Shown: positions 12,185-25,506, counted from the first letter of the stretch. The stretch is 64,000 nucleotides of DNA from Octopus sinensis (GCF_006345805.1 NC_043002.1:46252001-46316000), one strand, 5' to 3'. Program-made: numbers and translations. Notes: generated by a model from the sequence alone, not told the origin.

Positions 12185-12985
12185 TTATCTTTTACTTGTT
12201 TCAGTCATTAGGCTGTGGCCATGCTAGAGTAGTGACTTGAAATCTTTGTCAAATGAATCAATCCCAGTACTTATTTTTTAAGCCTGGTACTTCTATTGGT
12301 CTCTTTTGCCAAATCACTAAGTTACTGAGATGTAAACACACCAACACCAGTTGCCAAACAGTTTTTTGTGGGGTGGGGGCGCAAACACAAACTCACACAC
12401 ACACATGATGTGCTTCTTTCAGTGTCCAGCTACCATATCCAAGGCCTTGGTTGAACTGCAGCTAGAGTAAAAGACACTTGCTCAAGGTGCCACACAGTGG
12501 GACTGAACCTGGAACTAGGTGGTTGGAAAGCAAACTTCTTACCACATGCCCAAGCCTGCACCTATATATGTTGTATATGAGAAGGTACAGGAGGTCAGAT
12601 TTATGGGAAACAAAAGCAAGAACAAACCATATGGTGCCAGGTTCAGTCCCACAGTGTGGCACCTTGGGAAAGTGTTTTCTACTATAATGTACGGTTGACC
12701 AAAGCCTTATGAGTGAATTTGGTAGACAGAAACTGAAAAAATCCTGTCATATATATATGTATATATTTACATATATGTGTCTTTGTTCTCCGCCATCATC
12801 ACTTGACAACCAGTGTTGGTATGTTTACATCCCTGTAACCTAACAGTTCAACAAAAGAGTCTGATAGAATAAGTACTAGGCTTAAAAAAATAAGTACTGG
12901 GGTCGATTTGTTTGACTAAAACCTGTTGAGACGGTGCTCCAACATGGCTTCAGTCAAAGGACTGAAACAAGTAAAAGAATATAAG
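12185..12985. mobile_element. Two SINE family A copies in inverted orientation (- 12185-12560; + 12622-12985)
   Basis: Both carry the family A head, body and tail, on opposite strands about 60 bp apart. Confidence 0.75.
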
Positions 12986-14127
12986 AAAAGAATAAATACC
13001 TGTGAAAGTTGTTCAAAATATGTGTTGCTGTATGTTGTATATGAAAGGTGTCCAAGGGACATAGACCCATATCTCCTATAATCATGACAGAGGTTGTACG
13101 AGTAGACACAGGTATATTTACATGCTATTATTCATAGGTTTATCTGCTTGGAGTTAAACTATTCCAAAAAAGTATTATTTCCCATTCTATTGATGTTTCT
13201 AAATTCTCATATCAGCCATATAAAGTATTTTTGTTATTAGGAGGCACTGGCATTTTTTCAATGGGAGTGGTTTCACCAGTATATATATTGATGGAAAAAC
13301 AAGAAAAAAAAGTGTGCACATCCATGCATACACACATACATACATACAATACATACATACATACTACATACATACATACATACATACATACATTCATGCA
13401 TACATACATACATACATACATACATACATACATACATACATACATACATACATACATACATAGATACATACATATGTACGTACATACATGCATGCATGCA
13501 TGCATGATGTTTTGTTATTTGGTATATAAAATAGCTGACAATAAACTGAAAGGAAGATATAATCACCAATAAAAAGGGCAATAAATAAACACTGAAAACA
13601 TTATTATTTTTTGCCAAAGGAAATGATAATTGTCAATACAAATGTTCAATAAAATGAAACTGAAAGATTTTTTTCCTGAACTGTTTATTGAAGACTGTTG
13701 CACATGGAAGACTGAAATCTCATGTAAGAATCACAGAGAAAAATCATTAATAAAGATCTGACTCAAAGGAATTACTTTCTATAAGATTTTCACTGAACAA
13801 CTCATGATATTGATTGTGCAATTGAGTTTCCTGCATCCATTGGATTAATTCACAATTCAGCAAAGTGGGTTTTAATCTGGGATTTGTCAATCATTTTGTT
13901 TCAGTTTTTGAATTTTAACAATAACAATCCCCCCTACCGCCCCAAAAAAACCGTTTAGATTCTGGCAAAAAAATCAGGTACTTAAAAGAGCTAAAAAAAT
14001 GCATTTGTTTTTATTCCTAAAACTATTTTGCTGATGAAAAATTTTTCACTTTCATTGTCTTCCACTTCCATTTTATGTTGTTGGCAATTTTATAAGCCTA
14101 AATTGAAAGATCACCTATATATAATAT

Positions 14128-14178
<51 letters not shown>

Positions 14179-14180
14179 TA

Positions 14181-14324
<144 letters not shown>

Positions 14325-14326
14325 AT

Positions 14327-14368
<42 letters not shown>

Positions 14369-14665
14369 CATACATACATACATACATACATACATACATA
14401 CATACATACATACATACATACATACATACATACATGCATGCATGCTTGCATAGATGCATGCATACATACATACATACATACATACATACATACATACATA
14501 CATACACACACACATATATATATATATATTTATATGGGCATATACGTTGATTTTACACCTTTTTTACCATAGGAGAAAATTTTTCTCCACAGTAAATGCA
14601 GTGAATTTGCCTTTAGATGTTGAAATATGTCGCAAACATATTTTAACTAACCTAAAGTTTGTTTT

Positions 14666-14717
<52 letters not shown>

Positions 14718-14729
14718 GAAGAAGAAGAA

Positions 14730-15211
14730 GATGAGCTGGCAGAAACATTAGCACACCAGGTGAAATGATTAGCAGTATCTTGTCTGGCTTTATGTTCTGC
14801 GTTCAAATTTCGCCAAGGTCGACTTTGCCTTTCATCCTTTCGGGATCGATTAAATAAGTACTAGTTACGCACTGGGGTTGATGTAATCGACTTAATCCAT
14901 TTGTCTGTCCTTGTTTGTCCCCTCTGTGTTTAGCCCCTTGTGGGTAGTAAAGAAATAATAATAATAATAATAAAATAATAATAATAAGATGAGCTGGCAG
15001 AAACATTAGCACACCAGGTGAAATGATTAGCAGTATCTTGTCTGGCTTTATGTTCTGCGTTCAAATTTCGCCAAGGTCGACTTTGCCTTTCATCCTTTCG
15101 GGATCGATTAAATAAGTACTAGTTACGCACTGGGGTTGATGTAATCGACTTAATCCATTTGTCTGTCCTTGTTTGTCCCCTCTGTGTTTAGCCCCTTGTG
15201 GGTAGTAAAGA

Positions 15212-15215
<4 letters not shown>
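14730..15215 (+). mobile_element. Two identical SINE family B copies in tandem (period 258), bounded by (AAT)n
   Basis: GATGAGCTGGCAGAAACATTAGCAC...GGGTAGTAAAGAAATA at 14730 and 14988; no differences seen by eye. Confidence 0.9.
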
Positions 15216-15254
<39 letters not shown>

Positions 15255-15826
15255 TTAATAATAATAATGATATTAGGGAATATGATTCCAAACTTACAGG
15301 GAAAAATTCAATTTAGTAATACTAAATCAAATTTCACAATATATAATACATGTATATAAATTAGAGAAGAACCACCATGAAGCAATTCAACAATGATATA
15401 CTTAAATCATACGATATAGAAAAAATTAAAGATACGATAAAACATTTACCTTAAAGTAAATAAAGTACTAAATAATAGATAAATAGTATATAATTAGTAA
15501 ATAAGTACTAGGCTTAAAAAAATAAGTGCTGGGTCGATTTGCTTAACTAAAACCTGTTGAGGTGGTGCTCCAGCATGGATTCAGTCAAATGACTGAAACA
15601 AGTAAAAGAATGACTTCTAGAACAAACAAAATATTTTAACAATTTGTATATGCAATTCCTATTAATATTTAATCCTAAAAATATAATATGATTTTTTAAA
15701 ATATCAAATGGCTATAGAGGTGAAAGCAAAACCAAAGGCAAAAATGGTTGAAAAACACTGCTATAGATGAAAGGTCTCTGAGTGGATATATTATCTGACT
15801 ACAAAACACTGAGGTCTCAAGTTTAA

Positions 15827-16046
15827 CCCTCTAGCATTTAAACCTGCTATATTTAGATCAAATATTCTTCCTGGTTTATGTTCAAACCAACCAGATCTAG
15901 CTTCTCACTCCTTCCCTACAATGTCATTCTAAAAATAAACAATCACAAATTCAAAATCTCAAAGTTACAAGATAATGCAAGATAAATTCAAAACAATGTG
16001 AATAAATAAGCATTACATCTGACAATGTAATCTGAATGCTAAAAGG
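15827..16046. mobile_element. piggyBac-type MITE
   Basis: TTAA|CCCTCTAGCATTT...AATGCTAAAAGG|TTAA. Confidence 0.85.
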
Positions 16047-17455
16047 TTAAACCTACTGCAAGTATTTTGTTATATATTTGTCTAAATTCTACTCTCTTCC
16101 GTTTATTTATACTAATGACCTATCAAAGGAGACAGTTATTTCTCATCTGCTCAATGCCATAACACTGAAATTAAATATTGTGCCCGAAGTCGCTTTGGTA
16201 TGAAGGACACACTTTATAGTTACATTTATGCTTGACAACAATCTTAAAACAGCAAGTCTTATAACAGTTTTCACTTTTTGTGCCCAGGTCAGCTTTAATC
16301 AAGAAGGCATGTGATCAGAAATGTTCCTACTTGTACCCATTCCATTTTATTTAGGTCTACATCATCTAATATATCCTTCTGTTTTTAAAGATGGTTGTGA
16401 TTTGAGGGATATTTGCCTATATTTCTCACAGGCTGAGCATACAAGGAAATGTACTGTTCTCACTCCTGACAACAGGATAAGTTAATGATTCTGTCACACA
16501 CAAGTTTTGGTTTTGCTTTCTGGTTAATTCAGCTCTGAAAACCTGTTTTTGGAATGGTTTGCCAAAAGTCGATGTTGCACATAGCAATTTCATTTACCTA
16601 CAATATTTCAGGAGCCCTTTGCTGTCTTGATTTTGTAAGTCAGAGTAGTAGCCTTCCTTGAATACTAGAGCAACTAGATTACTGCATGTCTAAACATCCA
16701 TTAACATTCTTGGTTATAATTACAACACACCAGTTATCTAGGATCTGAAAGTTTACCACACCATAGTGGGTTACACCATGGTTCCTCTGCTTTGTAGCAG
16801 AAGTAGGAAGAAATAGTGAGAGAAAGTTGTGGTAAAAGAGTACAACAGCGTTCACCCCAACCCCCACCAGAGCCTCGTGGAGCCTAGGTACTTTTGCTCT
16901 ATAAACACTCACAATGCCTGGACCGGGAATCAAAACTACGTTCTTATGACCGTGAGTCCACTGCCCTAACTGCTGAGCCATTGTGCCTCCACTGTTGCTG
17001 TTGTTATTATTGTTCTTGTAGCTTAACTCCAAGCAAACTTTAATCATGCAGATCTAAAATCAAAGGTATTTCAGATTTAGTTATCACATATGTAAGACAA
17101 TATTATCTAATGTACCTTATCTTCTATATGACTGTAGGACATGGTTTAAGAGAGATTAGGTAGCTATTTCTAGTAGATTGAGTGACTGTTTAGAGGCTCC
17201 CTCATTGGCTCATTTTCAAAAGTTGCTGGTAATGAAGAAATACATCAGTTTAAAATCATACTTAATAAAAAATACTTCATAGCAACTTATTCATAATCAA
17301 ATGTCTCTCATCCTAATCCACTCTTTTCATTACACCATTTTATTTTCTATTCAACAATATTGGCTTCCTTTCTTCTTTCATTTTTTGTTGCTTTCTTGGA
17401 GCAGTGCAGGTTTTAACACAATAAAAAATTTAATTGAAATGTTTTCTGACTTCAG

Positions 17456-17881
17456 GCAAACAAGGTGTTTGGGTTGAAAAAATTGAAAATGACCTGGATT
17501 TGCGAAGGCAACAGTGCATAAATTATGCCCACTCATCTGATGACTGGACAAATGCTTTGTCTCACACATGTCCTTGCATACAGACTCAAGCAAAAGCAGA
17601 TTTTCGATTTAAATTCATCTCCAGAGAAAATGGTATTACAAAGTTTGAAAGTATTTTTGCACAGAATGGACTGAAAGAACAATGTGTCTACAGTAACAGT
17701 TCTTTCGGAGAAACACTGATCACAGGCAGTCCTTTAGGAGGTTCAATCAGTGTTCTTAACACAGATACTCTTGATAAACATATGAAGAAATTTTGCTGTG
17801 AAGGAGTTCCATCCTACTGCAATCTGTACTACAGTCGGAGGCCATCATCAACTTGTAAGAACTATCTTCCTCCGAAACTTG
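17456..17881 (+). CDS. AMOP domain exon
   Basis: ttcag|GC...CTT G|gtgagt, 426 bp, phase 1-1. GKQGVWV...QC...TCPCIQTQAKADFRF...QCVY...FCCEGVPSYCNLYYSRRPSSTCKNYLPP. Confidence 0.95.
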
Positions 17882-17982
17882 GTGAGTCATAGAGCAAGAA
17901 GTCTATATGTAAAGAAAGGACTTATTTGTATACTGAGGGAAAATGAAGTTTGGTTCCCAAACTAAAGGAGAACATGTTTAGA

Positions 17983-18444
17983 ATTGGTTTCAAACTTTGA
18001 CACAAGGCCAGCAAGTTTGGAGGAGGGGTTGAGTTGATTACATTGACTCTGGTACTCAACTGATACTTTTTTTATCAACCCCAAAAGGATGAAAGGCAAA
18101 GTCAACCCTGGCAGCATTTGAACTCAGAACATAAAGACAGATGAAATGCTGCTAAGCATTTCACCCAGCATGCTAATGGTTCTGTCAGCTCACCACCTTG
18201 AATATGCTTAATATCAGCAAGATCTAAGGTTATAAAGCTGGCAGAATTGCTATCATGCCAGGCAAGATGTTTAGCAGCATTTTGTCTGTCTCTATGTTCT
18301 GAGTTCAAATGCTTGTGAGATTGACTTTGCATTTCATCGTTTTGGGGTCAATAAAATAAGTACCAGTTGAGAACTAGGGTCGATGTAATTGATTTGGCCC
18401 CTCCCTCAAAACTGCTGGCCTTGTGCCAAAATTTGAAACCAATA
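17983..18444. mobile_element. Two SINE family B copies in inverted orientation (- 17983-18200; + 18232-18444)
   Basis: ~210-bp arms, ~30-bp spacer, starting ~100 bp after the AMOP exon donor. Confidence 0.8.
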
Positions 18445-18925
18445 TTAGCAAGATATAGATTGGCAGAATCAGGACAGTTATGAACCAAATATCTTGTGGT
18501 GTTCAGTTGCATATATCCATGTCTTGAGTTCAAATTTTGTTATGGTTTACTTTGCCTCTCATCCTTCCAGGATCAATAAAATAAGAATGAGTTTGTAACT
18601 GAAGTTGATATAATCAGTTATTTCAAGCCATGTTAGAAATCAATATTAACGTAAGATTCAGAAAGTTTATGTGAAAACTTGTTATAATTCTATGCAGTAG
18701 ACAAATGTTTATAATAAAGATCATAATGAAAAGTAAACCAGTATTCTACCACATAGAATTTAGGGCAGTTGTAGTTTTACAATTTCTAGCCATCAAGGTT
18801 GCCAAAAAGACAGTGTTATATAAACCTTTCTCAAACTGACCTGAGAATTATCAAACAGAACACATTTTGTGACATTTCTCATTATCTCAAAATCTTTTTA
18901 CATAATGTCGCAGGAGTACATAAGT

Positions 18926-19086
18926 GCAGGAGTGGCTGTGTGGTAAGTAGCTTGCTTATGAACCACATGGTTCCGGGTTCAGTCCCACTGCGTGGCACCT
19001 TGGGTAAGTGTCTTCTACTATAGCCTCGGGCCGACCAAAGCCTTGTGAGTGGATTTGGTAGACGGAAACTGAAAGAAGCCCATCGT

Positions 19087-19139
<53 letters not shown>

Positions 19140-19355
19140 CATGTGTGTGTGTGTGTGTATGTGTTGTCCCCCCCAGCATCACTTGACAACCAATGCTGGT
19201 GTGTTTATGTTCCTGTAACTTAGCGGTTCAGCAAAAGAGACCGATTGAATAAGTACTAGGCTTACAAAGAATAAGTCCTGGGGTCGATTTGCTCGACTAG
19301 AGGCGGTGCTCCAGCATGGCCGCAGTCAAATGACTGAAACAAGTAAAAGAGTAAA
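18926..19355 (+). mobile_element. Near full-length SINE family A
   Basis: GCAGGAGTGGCTGTGTGGTAAG (A-box-like), GGTTCAGTCCC (B-box-like), body, (AT)n(GT)n, tail GACTGAAACAAGTAAAAGAG. Confidence 0.9.
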
Positions 19356-19842
19356 ATAAAATATCATTCTTTTGATATCTATGTATCTAAAGGCAGTGAG
19401 CTGGCAGAATCATTAGTATGCCAGGCAAAATGCTTAGTGGCATTTCGTCCGTCTATATGTTCTGAGTTCAAATTCTAATGAGGTCAACTTTGCCTTTCAT
19501 CCTTTCAAGGTCAATGAAATAAGTAACAACTGAATACTGGGGTCAGTTTAATTGACTAAGTCTCTCCCCAAAACTTGCTGGTCTTGTGTCAAAATTTGAA
19601 ACCAAAATTTGTGTATCTAATTTAATCTAATTTATGCTAAAGATTAAAAAAAATTAAGTAAATTTTAAAAAGTGAACACGTTTGTGAATGTATACATTTA
19701 CATATACATACACGTGCATATACACACACACACACATACACACACATTTTAAAATCAGTGAAATGAAACATAAATATTTTTTGTAGAACAATTATTAAAC
19801 AGGCACTGAAGAGAACTAAAAAAAAATACTGTTTATTTTCAG

Positions 19843-20021
19843 GATGGTCATGGGGAGATCCCCACTTCCATACAATTGATGGCAATGATTATACATTCAA
19901 TGGTTGGGGAGAGTATGAAATGATCTATATGGTGGATGATACTTTTCGAATGCAAATTCGAATTGAAGACTCAATTTCAACTGGATTTGCCATGAAAACA
20001 TTGGAATCTTCTATCATTGAA
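19843..20021 (+). CDS. VWD domain first exon, with GDPH motif
   Basis: ttttcag|GA...GAA|gtaagt, 179 bp, phase 1 to 0. GWSWGDPHFHTIDGNDYTFNGWGEY. Confidence 0.97.
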
Positions 20022-20199
20022 GTAAGTACTTCAATATGTAAAATATTTTTGTTTCTCTTTTGATAATATCAATGTGTGTAAGTGCCATGGAGTAAAATAT
20101 AAGCTCCTAGTGATCCAAAGCCATGATTTGGTTTTTATTTCCACAGAGAGAAGCTTTAATTTGATAACTTCATTTTATATCCCCCATACTTATCTACGT

Positions 20200-20500
20200 A
20201 GAGGCACATGGCCTAGTGGTTAAAGCAGCAGACTTGCGGTCGAGGGATCGCAGGTTCGAATCTGAGACCGGGCAATGTGTGTGTTTATGAGCGAAACACC
20301 TAAACTCCACGCGGCTCCGGCAGAAGGTAATGGCAAATTTCTGCTGACTCTTTCGCCACAACTTTCTCTCACTCTTTCCTCCTGCATCTTGCAGCTCACC
20401 TGCGATGGACCGGCGTCCCATCCAGGTGGGGAGCCTATATGCCAAGGAAACTGGGAAACCAGCCCTTATGAGCCAGGCATGGCTCGAGAAGGAAAAAACA
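20200..20500 (+). mobile_element. tRNA-derived SINE family C (V-domain-like core)
   Basis: GGCCTAGTGGTTAAAGC and GGTTCGAATC boxes; CCTGCGATGGACCGGCGTCCCATCCAGG core. Related minus-strand copies at ~16790-16990 and ~32410-32700. Confidence 0.8.
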
Positions 20501-20688
20501 TACTTATCTACAGTAGTGGCACATGGCTTAGTGGTTAGGGTGTTGGACTCATAATCGTAAGCTTGTGGTTTTAATTCCTGGACTAGGTGACACGTTATGT
20601 TCTTGAGCAAAACATTTCATTTCACATTACTCCAGTCCAAGCAATAATAAATCTCTGAACGAGGTATAAACAGTAGCTGCACAATATC

Positions 20689-20912
20689 GTGAAGTATATT
20701 TGCCACTTAAATGTGGCTAACCCTTAAGGGTGGATGCTACTGTAGCTTGTAACCCCAGGAGGACACCTCCTCCAGCTGGCTATTTGAAAATACTGATAGG
20801 GCACAGAAAGTGTGTCAATAGCCAACTGGAGGAGGTGTCCTCCTGGAGCTACAAGCTACAGTAGCATCTACCCTTAAGGGCTAGCTACATTTAAGTGGCA
20901 AATATACTTCAC
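20689..20912. repeat. Inverted repeat, 96-bp arms, 32-bp spacer
   Basis: GTGAAGTATATTTGCCAC...CCAGCTGGCTATT (20689-20784) versus AATAGCCAACTGG...GTGGCAAATATACTTCAC (20817-20912), a few mismatches. Confidence 0.92.
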
Positions 20913-21286
20913 ATTTTTTAAATACTTATCTACAAACTGCAATAGAGAATCATATCATTCTAGAATGCTTAACCTGGAATATAGTTTTATTCTTAAATAT
21001 TGAATTTGTAAAGTATTTGAATGACATGTTGCCTTTCTTTGCATTTCTATACATCTATATAAAAAATACAATTCATCAGTCTAGGAAAAAATAAAATCAT
21101 GGAGGTTTCTCTAACAAATATAATTAAAACTGACATGTTATTGACCATGGAAATATTCTTCTGTATTTGTTTTGTAGAAAACTATTCTAACAAAATTTTG
21201 ATTAAAATTTATTAATTACTTATTATTTATTCTAGTACATTAATTTTATTTGCAAAAGTTTAATTTTACTTGTTCTCTATTTACAG

Positions 21287-21448
21287 TTTACAATGGTGGA
21301 TTGTATTAAAGATGTTCGAATTCTGATCAACCAGACAGAGAAATACAGTATGTCATTAATGAATGGCAGCCTGGACAACCCAAATTTCTTAATTAAAAAG
21401 CAAAACAACTCATTGCTTATAACATTCAGAAATGGCATAGCTGTTAAA
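21287..21448 (+). CDS. VWD domain exon
   Basis: ttacag|TTT...AAA|gtgagt, 162 bp, phase 0-0, open frame ending LLITFRNGIAVK. Confidence 0.9.
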
Positions 21449-21895
21449 GTGAGTGTTTTTTGAAAATGTCTTTATGGGATTTTATTATTGTTTATAAATA
21501 TTTGTAGCTGACAACATCTACGCAATTATTGATGTTTGTTCACTAGTTATTAATGCTTGTTCAATGAAAAGAAAATTTATACAAACCATATTAACCAAGA
21601 GTTTAAATGAGTGCTGCGGCTACTCTGTACAGTTATAATTTTCCTCAAGCATTAATTACCAAATGTACACAACCAGATGATTTATTCTGAATATTGAAAT
21701 TAAAAAGGGTATCCAACCATAGAAACTATGCCAAAGCAGACATTAAGAGCTTGGTGCAATCCTCTGGCTTGTTAGCTCCTGTCAAATCATCCAACCCATA
21801 CCAGCATGGAAATCAGATGTTAAACACCACCACCAATAATGACAATGACGATGATGATAATAACAATGACAACAACTATTATAATAATTATTATT

Positions 21896-23375
21896 TGTTA
21901 TAATGTGGATCCTTGTCCACTTGTATGCTATTGTTGGCACTGTAATATTCTTGTCACCACTATTGTGTTGCGTGTCTTATTATCTTTGACTCATCTGTCA
22001 TGCTACTGCTGATAGCTCCACAAGACCATGACTTTGAAATGTCAACCTTGATGGTAACTCAAACTTGTATATATCACATAACTGACACTCATGCAATGAC
22101 TCTACTACTACTGACCTGCTACAACGACTGACTGTCTGACTTCATAGTGACTGATTCATGTCACTTTGTTACATGAGAAGGGGAGTACCATTTTCACTAC
22201 ATCTCCCCTTTTAGTTTTTTTTTCTTTGGGAAGCAAGTAAATTCATTTTACTTTATTCACCATTCCACCCTTTAGCATTTTTCTGGGTTTTTTTTCATTT
22301 CTATAACTATTGGAGCTGCCCAGTCTGAATGGTTGATTTTTAAAATTATATCTAGACTTTATTGATGTGGTCTAATTCCACAAATAGCACATTCCATTTG
22401 GGCCCAAAAACAGGTATTGCCTTTTCTTTTACTGCAATCCTTGCTTTTGTTTTAGTGCAACAGCCTAATCCTTCCCAAAAAACATTTGGAAACAATTTTT
22501 TAATCTTTTGTCTTGGTTGTTTGACTTCATTTGAACTTTTAACCATGCCAACTACATTTTCACAGAGAACATTAGTGGGGGTATCCCACATTTTAAATAA
22601 CTCCATGTATTCTGTGCCAAATAGGTTTAGTGATTTTTCCAACACATAAATTATTGTCCTTTTTGTTTCACCTTGAAAAGTTACATTGCAAATATATTTG
22701 CCTATGAAATATAATTTCTTTCCTGTGACACCATATGTTACTTTATTTGATTTAAATAATTTCATCTTACTGATTTGTTGCCATGTTTTTTCATTTATGA
22801 TAGTGATGTCACTACCCGTATCTAATTGTATTTTGACACTTGTGGTTTTGATTCTCACCTTGATGAATTTTCTGTTTGTTCTACAAACCTTTTTCTCTGA
22901 TGACAAACTATTTATTTTTTACTTGTTTGGTCCAATTTTTCATCATCTTAGTTCTGCAGTATGATTTAATGTATCCTGTGTTCCCATAATGAAAACACTT
23001 TGCTTTTTTGAATGGACAATCCTTTTCTCAGGTTCCTACCACTGCATGCCATACATGGATTTATCTGTCTTCCAACTCTTCCATACTGGTTTTATCTGTA
23101 AACAATCTCTGTGTTGAATTTCTTCTGTGCTGTGCCTTACTTTTACTATCACATCACACTCTTCTGACAGTTTCTGGAGAGTTATATTCTGGTCCATTTC
23201 CAGCTTTGTGAGAAGTTTCATTCTGACTTCTGCATCCTTTTTAGCAGTAAAAATCAGGCACTTGAATGAGTCTGGAGTTAGTTTATCCACTTTAAATCTC
23301 TCACACTCTCTGTACACTCTACCTGCATATCTAGTAAAGCCTTCATCATCGCTTTTCTCAGTGTTCAGAGAAGAC
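21896..23375 (-). mobile_element. Ty3/gypsy LTR retrotransposon remnant: gag-protease-start of RT, PPT and 3' LTR
   Basis: gag YAGRVYRECERF...FKCLIF and a decayed zinc knuckle; protease LDTGSD; RT start SDWAAPIV; PPT TAAAAGGGGAGA at 22213-22202; LTR TGTAGT...TAACA at 22201-21896. Confidence 0.9.
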
Positions 23376-23830
23376 TAGTGTTTTTGCAAAGGAAAGGAAG
23401 AAAAGGGAGAAAGGAAAGGAAGAAAACGAAAGTAAATTTTTTTGAGAATTGTAGATATTAAGGTTTTAAAATTTACTGGAGATGATCTTTTGTCTGTCCA
23501 AACAGGGGAAACTGTTGTGTTCTTGTAATAAAAAGGATGTTTACATTTTTGAATACTCAGGGAGAAAGGAAAGGACAGGTATTCACAGAAGTTGTAGATA
23601 TTAAAGGTTTTAAAGTTGATCGTCTATGTGTTCGAAAACTGTAGGTATGTAAGTTTCTTAACTTATTTTGAGGGAAATTCAAAATACTCACAGGAAATTG
23701 TAGATATTCCAGTCTTTGAGTTATTTTTCAGTTGTCCTGCTGGGTTGTATTAGTGTTTCTGTGTCTTCAGCTGCTGACAGGTCTGAGCAGCAAAGAATAT
23801 GTCCAGCTGCTGTCACGTCCAGACTACTCA

Positions 23831-23903
<73 letters not shown>

Positions 23904-23905
<2 letters not shown>

Positions 23906-24050
23906 TATACACTCAACAGATTAGACTGTTGGAAAAGAAAAGAATCCTAACATCAGGCTACAACAAGTAGCCTTAGATGCCAAGAACCCTCTTAAGTATC
24001 CTAGCTGTCCCTACTAATAACACTGTTTTCTGCAGCTGTACTAAACAGAG
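23904..24050 (-). mobile_element. 3' end of an R4/Dong-like non-LTR retrotransposon inside a (TAA)n microsatellite
   Basis: QLQKTVLLVGTARILKRVLGI*, then ~70 bp of 3' UTR. (TAA)n on both sides (23831-23903, 24052-24100). The same 3' UTR recurs at ~29695-29760. Confidence 0.75.
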
Positions 24051-24100
<50 letters not shown>

Positions 24101-25506
24101 GGTAAGACAGCAAGTTGGTAGAATTGTTAGCATGTTGGACAAAATGCTTACCGGTATTTCATCTGTCCTTATGTTCTGTGTTCAAATTCCACTGAGGTTG
24201 ACTTAGTCTTTCATGATTTCAGGGTTGATAATTTAGGTACCAGTTAAGTACTGGAGTTAATGTAATTGACTTGACCTCCTCTCCTAAAGTTTCAGGCCTT
24301 ATGCCTATAGTAGAAAGGATTATTATGATTATTGAGGCAGTGAGCTGACAGAATCCTTAGCATATCAGACAAAATGCGTAGCAGCATTTCTTCTGTCTCT
24401 TTACATTCTGAGCTCAAAGTTTGCTGAGGTGAAAGAAGTACTCACACTCCAGCCCTGCTTCAAATAATTCTATCTCTACAAAGTGGACTTGACATAAATC
24501 CAGTAGTTTCAAATCTGTACAGCATATTCAGTTACATGTTGCTATCAATTACTGGCTAAATATAACTGGGCTGCTCTTCTCAATTTTTACTTATTTTGTT
24601 CATATTCATGCAAATAGAAATTTAATTCTTTAAAAGATATTTCCATAATTTATACTGATGTGATTGTTCTTTTGCAACCCTGAATACTAATAACATGAAA
24701 TGTGTTGTCCTTATACAAAAAGTTGAGCATTACTTTAAAATTAAATGTGACAATCTTTTTATAGTGTTAGCTTATAAATGGTAATTTAATATTATAACTT
24801 ATAGTACTGATATATTAATGAGTATGTAGTGTTTTATTATTAACTTTTGAATGACAATTTATATATTTCACTCATAAAAATATTAGTTAAATTAATTTCA
24901 ATCGTGTTTTGTTTTGGAAAAATTTTTATAAGGTTTGAACTTTCATTGTAGTATCAATGGAAGACTGGTGGGATTTTATTTATATGGACTTAAAGATGGA
25001 TCGCAATTTAGGATATAATTTAGTTATTGCAGTTTACAATTAATACCGATACAATGTATATTGGTTTCAATGTCTCTAGTTGTAGTTTTAGTAAGGTTAG
25101 TGTTTAATCCTGCCTGTATATTGATTGATTGAAATAATGTGGTTAAGCTTTACTTTTATATTACACTACGGAAGAAGGTAGGGATTATAATTTTTTATGA
25201 CTTTATGAAGTTGTCACTGTTTAGTTACATATCTAGAAAGGGTTGTAATTTACTTATGGAATTTATTTATCGATACAGTTGTACACTGGGTAAATATGTT
25301 TGAAAGTTGTGGTTTGTTTAGTTTGTTTGTTCCCAAACAACACTTATTTTAATGCTGTTGACACTGCCGGATTGAATGGTACTGCTCAACTGTCATAACC
25401 ATAATGATATCCATGAGGCAGCTGATGATGGGGGTATGTTGGATTGTTGGTATGGCTGTGGAATAGTATTATAACACATCCTTTTAATATATGAATTTCT
25501 TTATAG

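Noticed and set aside
20200-20280. tRNA gene
   Set aside because: A and B boxes are present, but there is no complete acceptor stem and the sequence runs into a SINE body shared with other copies.
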